From Octopus sinensis (lineage: Eukaryota), in NCBI RefSeq assembly GCF_006345805.1, contig NC_043003.1, forward strand, positions 117,242,001-117,306,000: a DNA stretch of 64,000 bases, written 5' to 3'. The translations under genes were made by a program, and so were the position numbers. Of this stretch, positions 47,655-59,245 are shown piece by piece. The notes beneath the pieces were generated by a model. That model was not told the origin of the DNA. It searched no databases and saw nothing but the letters and a program-made list of their open reading frames with translations. The first letter of the stretch is position 1, and each line of letters starts with the position of its first letter.

Positions 47655-48125
47655 TGCACTCTAGCCCGAAGGTTTGGAAAGCTCTGAAGAAGGCCAGACT
47701 CAGCATTAAAATCGTTGAAAAGGCAGGGAGCTCCATCAGATCACAATTATGTAGGACGAATTCCTTTGAGAATACCACATGCATCAATGATAAATGCATG
47801 GTATGTAAGGTTACCTCTGGTATTCACGGTAGAGCTAGAAATGTAGTATACAGAATAAGGTGCATAGAAGCTGCTTGTAAAGACACGAACATGATATACA
47901 TAGGTGAGACATCTAGAAGCATTACGGAGAGACTAAATGACCATTTGAGACAATATGACAACAAAAACAGTTCTCTGTACTCTACCAACATGGAAGCACA
48001 CTGCATTAACTTGATATCCGCATTTTATTGAAATACCCGAAGGCCAAAATACTCAGACAAATACAGGAGTACGTCCTCATAAACGAAAATCTCCAGTACT
48101 AGATAGGAAATATACGTAGAAGGTA
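47655..48125 (+). pseudogene. PLE GIY-YIG endonuclease 3' fragment (different family)
   Basis: [16 protein letters not shown]...C...[19 protein letters not shown]. Confidence 0.87.
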
Positions 48126-48209
48126 CCCCAATGCCCACAGTTTTATATATTTACTAGTAGAGTTGCTAGTAGGCTGTTATGTAGGTGTATATATATATAT
48201 ATGTATATG

Positions 48210-48292
<83 letters not shown>

Positions 48293-48371
48293 GTAGGATA
48301 AGATTTTTCGAAAAAAATTATATCAATGGGCAGCATATTAAAAAATACCTTTAAAGGATAAATTTATAAAC

Positions 48372-48515
48372 AATTTGTAAGTAAGGGCAAAGAAAAAAAT
48401 TCTAATGCCAAAATATGCCGAAAATGGACACTACGTCAATTACATGGCTATTGGCGTAGTGTCCATTTCGGCTATTTGGCATTAGAATTTTTTCTTTTGC
48501 CCTTACTTATAAATT
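48372..48515. repeat. 144-bp hairpin (arms about 65 bp, 9-nt loop)
   Basis: aatttgtaagtaagggcaaagaaaaaaattctaatgcc...gccgaaaatggacactacg and cgtagtgtccatttcggc...ggcattagaattttttcttttgcccttacttataaatt. Confidence 0.88.
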
Positions 48516-48789
48516 ATATATATATATATATAGGTAAATGGATATGTAAGTAAACAGATAGATAGGTACATTAGTAATACACACAGACAAGCACACACAT
48601 ACACATACACGCAGACAAACCAAGATGAAGACTGAAACACTTCACTATATACACGCACGCACTTCACACATACACACAAAGACGCATATGGAGACACACC
48701 AATGCATAACAGACACATGAATATGCAGAATACGTACATACATGCAAACGTACACACAAGCACACATATACATGCATGCATGCACATAC

Positions 48790-48822
48790 GTACATACATA
48801 CATATATACATACATACATACA

Positions 48823-48853
<31 letters not shown>

Positions 48854-49035
48854 GTGTATACACATGCACACTGACGCACATACATGCGCATAGGACAGAA
48901 TCAATGACTATTGAAAAGTTTGCAAAACGCAAAGAAAATTTTAGAAAAAAAGTATACGAGTGGAAATCGAGCCAGTGAGTGTATCAAATAATAATGCACT
49001 AAAAGAGAATGACTCTCCCCAGACACAATAAAATA
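48790..49035 (-). repeat. Interspersed repeat, arm 2 of the inverted pair
   Basis: Reverse complement aligns with 47040-47290, including the start of the (TATG)n tract. Confidence 0.8.
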
Positions 49036-49100
49036 TACTACAACACACGAATTCACATGAAGAATCTTGAAAGCCAAATCCAAAAACGAAATATATATAT

Positions 49101-49133
<33 letters not shown>

Positions 49134-49911
49134 GTATATGTGTGTGTCTGCATATATATATATGTAAGTTCATTAAATAATGAGAGAGATTTAAATTAAA
49201 ATTTTAAACTGAAACTTCACGCGTCGCGACCCTGAGTTTCAATTTTTACTGATTTTCAGGCAATTCGTTCTTATATTCATATACGAAGAAATCCATTGAA
49301 TATGCGATTCAAAGTGGCAACAGAAATTTTCGTTTAGAGAGGTTAACAGTATGAGATGGCTCTGTCTCACGTTCACCCTCCAGGGTCTAAGTATTATTTC
49401 ACTAAAAATTTCAATTCATGACTGTTAAATTACTAAATATAAGACGCACTTTAAGAAAAGAAAAACTTATTGATTTGCTTCGAGTTCTACAACAGTATGA
49501 TAGAAGACTCTCCGCGGTTCAATCGTTAGATATTTTAAAATATATCAACGAATATTTCGCGACAACCTTGAAGTTTTTTTAGTAAATATTTATCTCACAT
49601 TGAACATGTTTAATGATGTACGAAGCTGAGAATTTAGTTGAAATATTTCAAAAGATTTCGACGTATGGATGATGGAGATATGTTAGTCTTCCCAAAGAAA
49701 TCAAATGCTTTCTATATTTAACGTTTCTATAATACAGAATTAAATCAGGAATTTAAGAAAAACGTCTAATGATGCAGCTAAAACTCATCAAGAGATTTCG
49801 TAGCTGAATGTTGTCGTTGGGGACTCTCATTGCCCATAAAAATGAAATAGATGTCCGGCTAAGTGAAAAGATGCGGATAATAAAGGATGTCAGTACATTG
49901 ATACTTTAATA

Positions 49912-50362
49912 CGGTGGCGAGCTGCAGAAACGTTCTGAGTTCAAATTCCGCCGAGGTCGACTTTGCCTTTCATCCTTTCGGGGTCGATTAAATAAGTACC
50001 AGTTACGCACTGGGGTCGATATAATCGACTTAATACCTATGTCTGTCCTTGTTTGTCCTCTCTGTGTTTAGCCCCTTGAGGGTAGTGAAGAAATAGGTAT
50101 TTCGCCTGCCTTTACGCACTGAGTTCAAATTCCGTCGAGGTCGACTTTGCCTTTCATCCTTTCGGTTATCGATTAAATAAGTACCAGTTTTGCACTGGGG
50201 TCTACATAATCGACTTAAACCGTTTATCTGTCCTTGTTTGTCCCCTTTGTGTTTAGCCCCTTGTGGGTAGTAAAGAAATAGGTATTTCGCCTGTCTTTAC
50301 GCACTGAGTTCAAATTCCGCCGAGGTCGACTTTACCTTTCATCCTTTTGGGGTCGATAAACC
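49912..50362 (+). mobile_element. SINE B trimer (head internally deleted, third unit truncated)
   Basis: Three successive gagttcaaattccg.cgaggtcgactt units joined at aagaaatagg|tatttcg. Confidence 0.9.
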
Positions 50363-51184
50363 AGTACAGAATGAAGTTCCCCATTTCTTCTCCGAATTGA
50401 GCGTAGGTTACATGACACAGAGACATTACTTACAAGCAGCGCCATTGTATCTATCTGAATTACAAAACCCGTTACAACGACGAAGTAACCAGAAACAACT
50501 CAGCAACAGCAACACAGTAATTAAGTCAAAAACACTCCTATATATACATATATAAAGTAACAATCTATGGAAAACATTCTTTCAAACGGGTGTGTTAAAC
50601 ATCCAATTCACTTGTACATCAGTTGAATACCACATAGATATGGGTATAATGCAAATTGAAAACAACAAATTAAACACAGAGATACAATTAAGAATCCAAT
50701 AATTTATCTATATTATAATATAACATACTATACTGTGAATATAATATGATATAACATATACAATTATTAAAAAAAACGAAAAAGCCAGCAATTTCTTTCC
50801 ACTTATATACATTTTTTTTTATATAATCACAATTCAATTCACTTATATAAGTCTCATCAGAGCCAATGGTTTGAAGATAGATGAAATTCCGTGTGAATGG
50901 TCGGCAGGATTGTAAAAAAATTCAATCAAATTCATATGTATTATGAGCGTTGGTGTTAGACATTCAGCTACATATCAATTACAATTAAAAAAAAAACAAC
51001 AAAATTATAACGGACAAAATATTTAAGTATAATCTACAACTATCGAAATAAATTTCTAAATATCTCAAATAATATGAAACCAACCCGTTTATGTCGAAGA
51101 CAATCTTATGCTATTATAATAACATACACACAATATATATATATATATATATATAATATATATATATAATATATATATTATTAT

Positions 51185-51405
51185 ATATTTTCAAATGTGA
51201 CCTCGTGAGCACCGCCAGCAATTTTTTTCCTCTGTCTTCCCTTCTCAGGATCTTTCCTTCTCCTTTGTTTCCGACGAAGAGCTCCGCTCGAAACGTTAAA
51301 CCCCCTTCTTCCCTTCTTTCCTGAGCGTCCAATAATACTTTATTTGTTCCACGTCCTCGCGTTGCTGTGTTTTTTTTGTGTTTTCTTGTTTGGATTAACT
51401 ATATA
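51185..51405 (+). mobile_element. Solo PLE-type pseudo-LTR in (TA)n
   Basis: Pyrimidine-rich segment with a hammerhead motif and ttcctgagcg motif shared with the other pseudo-LTRs; bounded by (TA)n. Confidence 0.65.
51267..51301 (+). ncRNA. Minimal hammerhead motif (U4 to C in core)
   Basis: GUUU-CCGACGA-A-GAGC-UCC-GCUC-GAAAC-GU-U-AAAC. Confidence 0.58.
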
Positions 51406-51599
51406 TATATATACTTAAGTATCAGGGTCTTACTTAATCTAGAAACTGTAATAAAACGTGTATAAAAATATAAATGATAATTCTATTTTTAGTATATAAC
51501 AACTGATCTATTCATTTAAAGGTATTGATGTAAAAATATTGTTTAAAATAATTAATAAGAATTGCTCTTTATTTATTGTTTATCGGAGAGAGAATTCCG

Positions 51600-51985
51600 T
51601 AATAAATATGAATAGAAACCTAACAAAAAAATTATATATGAATGTCTCTTCTATTTTTTAATTATTATCAATCTTCTACTGAGGAGGGAGCCGGTTTCCA
51701 ACATAGTTACAAGGCTCCATCTTTAGGATATAGTTAACAAAGAAAAATTCACATTTGGAACTTGAGAAAAGTCTTGCATATTTTTACTGTTCCACTCACA
51801 GATTGCACTTGTAATGTACGAATCAACTGGTCAAGTTCTCTTTCTGAAAATCCCAGTTGATCCAGATTCTCCCTTTAAGCATTTACTAATGAAACCTAGT
51901 GCTCCAACTATTATTGGTATGAATATGAATTCAGAGTCTGGATATAGAAGCTGGAGGTTTTGAAGCAGTTGTCCACGTATGTATA
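51600..51985 (-). mobile_element. RLE-type non-LTR retrotransposon 3' fragment (R4/CRE-like)
   Basis: LQLLYPDSEFIFIPIIVGALGFISKCLK...LQVQSVSGTVKICKTFLKFQM* (TGA 51751-51749) plus UTR. Confidence 0.7.
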
Positions 51986-52051
51986 GATGCATGTATGTAT
52001 GCATTATGTATACATACACAAGTATGTATGTATGTGTGTATGTATGTATGT

Positions 52052-52597
52052 TTGCATCTCTCCTGACACATGGGAGGGCATAGCTATTGATCATAGCAGG
52101 TAGAGAAGGATTGTGTACGGGGGAACTGCTACTTTTGAGAGATCTCAAGTTGCGCATGAGAAAGTAAGGAGGGATGTCAGAAAGGGCATCTCTGTTGCAC
52201 TTCCAGATGGTAAGGGTCTTCCTATGATGCTGACATGCAGTGTCTGTGCAAGACCCTGCCTCAGTAAAGCTGGACTCATGAGTCATCTTCGTAGTCATAA
52301 AGCGAGACCGATGAGTGACAACCTGGCCACTGGTGGTGGTGTAACACCATACTAATCATATCTGTCGGGCATGTGGAAGAGAGTATAATTCGGCAGAAGG
52401 ACTTAAACGACATGCAAAGGTACATGAAGCCCATTTACAACTACAGCCGGCTATTACCGGTAAAGGTTTTAGCTGCCAATTCTGTACAAGACATTTTAGA
52501 TCTTTAGCTGGGCTAAAAAGTCACATTCGATCACAGCACCAATAACAGTTAAGCTTCGTGCAATGGCCATACTCGATAACGAGGGGGCAGCCATCAT
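52052..52597 (+). mobile_element. RTE-clade LINE 3' end encoding three C2H2 zinc fingers
   Basis: SPDTWEGIAIDHS...CSVCARPCLSKAGLMSHLRSH / CRACGREYNSAEGLKRHAKVH / CQFCTRHFRSLAGLKSHIRSQH* (TAA 52543-45). UTR ends catactcgataacgagggggcagccatcat. Confidence 0.82.
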
Positions 52598-52659
52598 GTA
52601 TATATATATATATATACCTGTTACTTATGAATATGAGTGAATCTACACATATGTATAAG

Positions 52660-52692
<33 letters not shown>

Positions 52693-52765
52693 TGTGCGAA
52701 TGTGTGTGAGTGTGCGTGTTCATAATCATTCGACACACAGTTTCCATGCTGGCATGGGTTAGTCT

Positions 52766-52841
<76 letters not shown>

Positions 52842-53439
52842 TAAGAACACACCGAACCCCAAACCCATATCATCAGAAGTCAATTTCTTTCACAGCTCGC
52901 TAAGCATTTAAATACTTTCTGTGAGAGTATGATTTCCACTTTAGAATTTCACCCAAAATTCGGATCACAAAAATTCTCTTTAACATTGCTTTAAAAACTT
53001 TTGATCAAATTGACCTTTGAAACGTAACTTGATTCGTTAGTAGAACACTTAAGATCGGCCAATATAATTGAAAATCTCTCATGTTACCAAAGAATATTTT
53101 GTCACATAACTCGTTCTTTGATTACAACAGCTGTAACGCAACAGTTACAAAGAAACTAATTGAATATTCAGTTTTCCATTTTAACATATCGATTATGAAA
53201 TCTAAGGGACGGTAACTTGAAAAACTGCCGGAAATTCACTGAGAAGAGCCTTTTTAATTAAATAAAACAACGAACGTCACATTTCTTTTCTAAATCTGGC
53301 AAATCCCACACTATATATGATGGAAACAAAAACAAAATATTATCCAAAAACAATTCATAATGTACGGTAGTTTTTTATTAATTCTTATTCGATTGAATAA
53401 AAGGTTCTCGAGGAATCTTCCTCTGTGGCAGCATTAGAC

Positions 53440-53492
<53 letters not shown>

Positions 53493-53512
53493 CTATATAT
53501 ATATATATAAAC

Positions 53513-53577
53513 AGAATAAGCAACAAGAATGACTCCGGTAATTTGGTACGATCGTTTCGTACTACATCATTTTATTA
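53513..53577 (+). repeat. Single arm of the 45.1-kb foldback family
   Basis: aataagcaacaagaat.actccggtaatttggtacgatcgtttc...tacatcattttatt, next to (TA)n. Confidence 0.85.
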
Positions 53578-53704
53578 AATGTTGTAAGTATTACAACAGA
53601 TTTAAGATGCTGAGTACTCATCAGCCAATTATAGAGCTTTTCCATTAATACAAACATTTTCAAATCAAGTGGCAACATTATAGAGAAGGTAGATATACAG
53701 AGAA

Positions 53705-54311
53705 ATCTTTTGGCGCGCTCTGTTTCTTCCCCCTCCCTCTCTCTCTCTTTGATTCCTTTGTCCCCTTGTTTTTGTCAATCTCTTCTTCTCTACTCTCACG
53801 TGACCTGCTGGTTAACTAGCATTTCCGCTAGTGACCGCTGCTGTGACAACACGGCTTCTCTCTTCGTCTGCCGGAAAGGCATTTATTTGATAATACGCCC
53901 GCTAAGATAAGTTCAATTGTCTAAAGTCGTAAGACACCCGCTGTTTTTGTCCCGTTATTACCATTCTTGTTTTTAATTTTATTTTTATTTTTTGTATTTA
54001 TATTCGTGTGGCATCGCCCGTGTTTCTGTCCTTGTTTCGTATACATTCGATCCTTTTTCCAAGAAATCTAATGTTCGCAGCTTAGTTTTTCCTTGGGGCT
54101 GGCCGGATCTGAGCAATATCAGGATTAATCAGCCGAAATTTGCTAGGACGATCCGGTTCCTGACTGAAGATTAGAGGCTTCGAATGACCCGTCCGTTCTT
54201 TGTGTCGTCTCTTTGTGTTTTTTTTTGCGTTCTTGTCCCATTTAGTATTTTTTATATTTAATTTTTACTCCACCTGCCTTCGTCTTTTGTTTATTTTCAT
54301 AAAGCTTCCCG
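53705..54311 (+). mobile_element. PLE-related terminal segment sharing the exact 43-nt terminus of the large PLE
   Basis: 54269-54311 equals the reverse complement of 25480-25522 and is followed by (AT)n. The 5' boundary is approximate. Confidence 0.72.
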
Positions 54312-54355
54312 ATATATATATATATGCATGTGTGTGTATATATATAGATATATAG

Positions 54356-54394
<39 letters not shown>

Positions 54395-54530
54395 TCTTCG
54401 TATGTATGTTTGTCTCCCACTACAAGTTGACAGGCGGTGTTGGTGTGCTTGCATCATCGTAATATAGCGGTTCGGCAAAATATTTCGATAGAATAAATAC
54501 CAGGCTTGAAAAACAATAAGTACTGGGCCA
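54395..54530 (+). mobile_element. Degenerate SINE C body fragment
   Basis: agcggttcggcaaaa...cgatagaataaataccaggctt. Confidence 0.6.
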
Positions 54531-55163
54531 AATGTGTGTATGTGTGTGTGTGTGCGTGCTCGTTCGTATATGTGGGCGTATATTTGTTGATTTGTTGATG
54601 AATATTTCAAACAATTGAAATTTAATCTTATTTCTTATCTCGAATGCTCTTCAGTAATATTTTTACATTCTTGTTTCCGTGTAAAGAATCTAGAATTATC
54701 TCCCTTTGTTTTCCGCTTTTAAATTTTATTTATACATTTCCTCGTTAAACGTGATTGATATTCAACATTAATTCCATGACGCAAATTAGAATTCATGGTT
54801 CCAAAATAGCTGCGTATTTCTACCATCTGCCGTTTCCTACTGACATTTATAACACAACAGTATCGTTCGATGCTCAATTAAGTCTAAATACTTTCGAACT
54901 ACTAAACTATGACATAAACACATTCGTAGACACCCCCGCACTTGTACACAAATATTCGTCTGATTTTCGTACATCCTGTTATAATTAGATGCAGGACAGT
55001 GTGTAAATAGATGTATGTATCGGTGTGAATATCTATGTGTGTATGTGTGTGTGTGTATGTGTGTGTGTGTGTGTGTGTGTTTGTATGCAAGTAATTATAA
55101 AGACTGATTTGCTCACTTAAGCAACATGACGAACTTACACTGATTATGACTTTTATGAACATA

Positions 55164-55565
55164 GGCGCAGGAGTGGCTGTGTGGTAAGTAGCTTGCTAAC
55201 CAGCCACATGGTTCCGGGTTCAGTCCCACTGCGTGGCATCTTGGGCAAGTGTCTTCTGCTATAGCCCCGGGCCGACCAATGCCTTGTGAGTGGATTTGGT
55301 AGACGGAAACTGAAAGAAGCCTGTCGTATATATGTATATATATATATATGTATGTTTGTGTGTCTGTGTTTGTCTCCCTAGAATTGCTTGACAACCGATG
55401 CTGGTGTGTTTACGTCCCCGTCACTTAGCGGTTCGGCAAAAGAGACCGATAGAATAAGTACTGGACTTACAAAGAGTAAGTCCCGGGGTTGATTTGCTCG
55501 ACTAAAGGCGGTGCTCCAGCATGGCCGCAGTCAAATGACTGAAACAAGTAAAAGAGTAAAAGAGT
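55164..55565 (+). mobile_element. SINE C, full-length
   Basis: Near-identical to 27905-28312. Confidence 0.93.
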
Positions 55566-55801
55566 ATACCCTGTTTACGACTTTACTATTTTAATAGGGG
55601 AATGTATGTGAATGTATATGTATGAATGTGTCTGAGAACATTCACGAGGTATATTTGTGTGTGTTTTGGTGCCGTTATCAATTGTCTTAGAATGACGCTT
55701 CCGTCCTTCTAAATTGGTCGTGCGTGAAATTCCAATAATTTAGACCGCCCTGCTATGCACCTAAGAAAAAAAATACATTTTCTTTAATCCCTATTCAGTT
55801 T

Positions 55802-56099
55802 GTGGAGGTACATGCCCTAGTGGTTAGAAAAGCGGACTCGCGGTCGAGGGATCGCGGGTTCGAATCTCAGACCGGGCGATGTGTGTGTTTATGAGCGAAA
55901 CACCTAAGCTCCACGCAGCTCCGGCAGAAGGTAATGGCGAACTTCTGCTGACTCTTTTGCCTCAACTTTCTCTCACTCTTACCTCCTGCATCTTGCAGCT
56001 CACCTGCGTTGGGAACCTATACGCCAGGTGGGGAACCTATACGCCAAGAAACCGGGAAACCGGCCCTTATGAGCCAGGCATGGCTCGAGAAGGAACAAC
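55802..56099 (+). mobile_element. SINE A' (family A head and body, different 3' tail)
   Basis: A box TGCCCTAGTGG, B box GGTTCGAATC. Diverges from family A after ctctcactctt and ends ggcatggctcgagaaggaacaac. 16-bp tandem duplication at 56011-56046. Confidence 0.82.
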
Positions 56100-56199
56100 C
56101 ACCACCTACTCAATTTATATCATGGTGGAATATACTGGCAATGGTTTCTTACACATAACTCATCACGTTAGTTTCGAAAATCAGTTTACGGCCTTAACG

Positions 56200-56356
56200 T
56201 GTGACTGTGTGGCAAAGAAGCTTACGTTCGAGCTTCATCATGCCTCCAAGTTCAGTCTCAATGCATTGTACAGTGTGCAAGTATCTTCTACTATAGCCTC
56301 GGGTAGATCAAATCCCTGTGAGGGAATTTGTGGACGGAGAGTGGAAGAAGCCCGTC

Positions 56357-56406
<50 letters not shown>

Positions 56407-56415
56407 GATATAAAT

Positions 56416-56462
<47 letters not shown>

Positions 56463-56960
56463 CACAAACATTCTATAATTATGAGCATAATTATAAATAG
56501 GGTTCAGCAAAATTTGCTTCACCACATACCGAAATTTAGAAATAGCAGTTAAAATACTATTCTACTACCATAAGATAACTCCCAAACAGCAATTATAATT
56601 ATGCTCATAATTATAGAATTTTTGTATAAGTTTACCGATAACGTTTCTTTTAACATACCGAACTAATACGTAAAATTATTAATTATTAATCGATTAATTA
56701 ATTTTACCCTTTATTATTATTGAACATATATATAAGTATGCATTTGTATTTGTGTGTCTGTGTTTGTCCCCACCCCACCCCACGATTGCTTGACAACCAA
56801 TGTTGGTGTGTTGGTGTGTTTATGTCCCCGTACATTAGCAGTTCGGCAAAAGCGACTGATAGAATAAGTACTAGGCTTACAAAGAATAAGACCTGGGGCC
56901 GATTTGCTCGACTAAAGCATGGCCACAGTCAAATGACTGAAACAAGTAAAAGAATAAAAT
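56200..56960 (+). mobile_element. Old SINE C split by microsatellites and an inverted-repeat insert
   Basis: Head half 56200-56360, tail half 56735-56960. Confidence 0.7.
56465..56625. repeat. Short element with perfect 27-bp inverted repeats
   Basis: attctataattatgagcataattataa (56470-56496) and ttataattatgctcataattatagaat (56593-56619). Confidence 0.85.
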
Positions 56961-58952
56961 AATTATTAGAGCAAGGGTCTAATTAATGAGAGCAGGAAAA
57001 TGTTTAAATACAGCTGAGAAAATACTGCCATAAGACAATCTAAAAAGAATTTTCATAATATCTAAGATGGCTGACCATTTGTCTACATTCGCCGTTTCTG
57101 TTTAGATACGCAGGCCCTGATAACGATTTTTCTTTAGGTAAATGGCTGACATGTGCCCATGCTTGGAAAGCTCCCTTTTCATGACGTATGCTGTTCAACT
57201 GCAAGATTGGTTAAGATAAGGGTCGATATAACGCGACAATAGTGTCAGAGCAGGCGTTGCTCTCAGACTGGAATGGACCGAATTAGCTATCGTAAAGCAT
57301 ACAATCCGACATACTGACAATTACGCAAATCCATCGCTCTGGACTTTTACTTTTGTCATCTCCAAATGTAAGGAAGCCATCGTTGTGTTCAACTGGAACT
57401 CAAAACACAGACATTCAGAACAAAAATAGCGACGGACTCTGTTCAGCGTTGTAGCCACTCCACCAGCCGACCACCATCTTGTTATACTGAATAAGTCTTA
57501 CAATGGAATAGCATTCAGTAAATATAAGCCACATTTCCTTCGTAGTGCACCACTGATAGAGAAGAACTCAGGTTACTATTATTAAAATTCACGCGAGCCA
57601 ATACACTTCTTATAAACATTTAAACACACTTCCGTATACACTTTTTAAACTTTAATGGTATGCTTCTATTCAAGAAATGTGTGTGTGTGTGCAATGTGTT
57701 TATAAATGCGCATTGCTGTGTTGTGTGTGTCTCTGTATTTTGATAAGATTTTGTTTGGATGTTCGTTGCAGACATGACAAGATATCCTGACATTAGTTTC
57801 TCTTATTATTTCAAGTGTATTTATAGTTTAAACAGGAATAACATGAAAGCAATCCAAAGCGACATTTTTAATAAACTATATACTGCTACCGTTATTCTAT
57901 ATATAACCTCTGTGTGCGTCAGTTATCAATAAACACGTCAATTTATAATGAATAATATTCGTTTTTCTTTTAGATTTCAAAGAAATAGTATAAACAACTT
58001 TGATAGCGAGTATATGGGAGGCTGTCATATATTGATTTTGTTTTACAAAATGTTAATGTTAACATAATCATGTCTATGACTAGCTTATTTTGCTCTCTTT
58101 CCAAAAGCTCTATTTATATAGCTATAAAAAGCTACCTCTATCTGATAGCTACATATTCTTCATATCGCATTCTACTCTCTTAAATAAGAGTACACTTTAG
58201 ATGCCGTGGCTCCGAGTATAATATAACTGAACAAAAGATGTGAGGTTCTAGGTTAGGCTATCACAGATCATAGGTTTGGTCAATCGCTAGACGGACCTTG
58301 GGCTAAAATGAAACCTGCCATGAACAGCATTCATTTGCGAGGGTATTTCGTTGACTTTGCTTTCATAAACACCAGCTCCTCTACATTCACGGTGAACCTA
58401 ACGTGTATCTATTTGTGTTCTTTACTCTTCAAGCCATGCAGAGACACAACACTTCATTCAAACTATAAAGAGAGGTAGTCAGCCAATCGATAAATATTAT
58501 TTTCACCAAATAAGTTATCAGTTCTTATAGAGAAAAATGACAACCAGACAAGGTTAATTATTTGTATAAGAAATGGTTTCTAATATTAGTTCATTTCGAC
58601 TTTTAGATTATTGGACACAATGATTTGTGGAACTTGTTCTGGTACTTTACATTTCTAAGTTCAAATCCCAGCCGAGTCAAATGTGTGTTTCATCCTCCTG
58701 TTGCTCATTCCATTGATCCAGAAACACAGTACGATCCAAGCAGAGGCGCCTATAACATCGACTAATCCTTTTCGCACCGATGTCCACCTTTTCTCTCATA
58801 ATTAGAAACAATTTAGAAGAATAAACAGGTAGACGCGTTGCAGAGTTTGAAAGATGCCTTGTGATATAGCTTCCGGCATTTTACGTTCTGAGTTCAAATC
58901 CTGCCGAGGACAAATGTGTCTAGAGGATTTTGCAGTCAACTAACCCCTATGT

Positions 58953-59245
58953 GAAGGCACATGGCTCAGTTGTTAGAGCGTTCAGCTTACAATCATCAGG
59001 TTGTGAGTTCGATTCCCGGACCAGGCTGCGTGTCGTGTTCTTGAGCAAGACACTTTTATTTCTCGTTGCTCCATTTCACTGAGCTGTAGAAATGAGCTGC
59101 GACGTTACTGGTGCCAAGCTGTTTCGGCCTTTGCCTTTCCCTTGCATAACATCAGTGGTGTGTAGAGGGGCGACTGCTGGCCTTCCACAAACAACCTTGC
59201 CCGGATTTGTGCCTCGGACGGTAACTTTCTAGGTGCAATACCATG
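58953..59245 (+). mobile_element. SINE family D (tRNA head plus CORE-like domain)
   Basis: A box TGGCTCAGTTG, B box GAGTTCGATTCC. gtgttcttgagcaagacactt...ctgtagaaatgag resembles the CORE domain (from memory). Confidence 0.78.

Noticed and set aside
50434-50454. Candidate minus-strand 21-nt microexon with TTCAG and GTAAGT
   Set aside because: Such short motif pairs arise by chance in 64 kb; no supporting context.
52841-53440. Unique 600-bp block between two (TA)n runs as a possible inserted element
   Set aside because: No TIRs, TSD, tail, hairpin or second copy in the window.
54085-54195. GGCTG...CAGCC-GAAA and CTGACTGAAG...CTTCGAA motifs resembling hammerheads
   Set aside because: The first lacks a CUGANGA core and the second lacks GAAA-stem III and stem I; not supportable from one copy.
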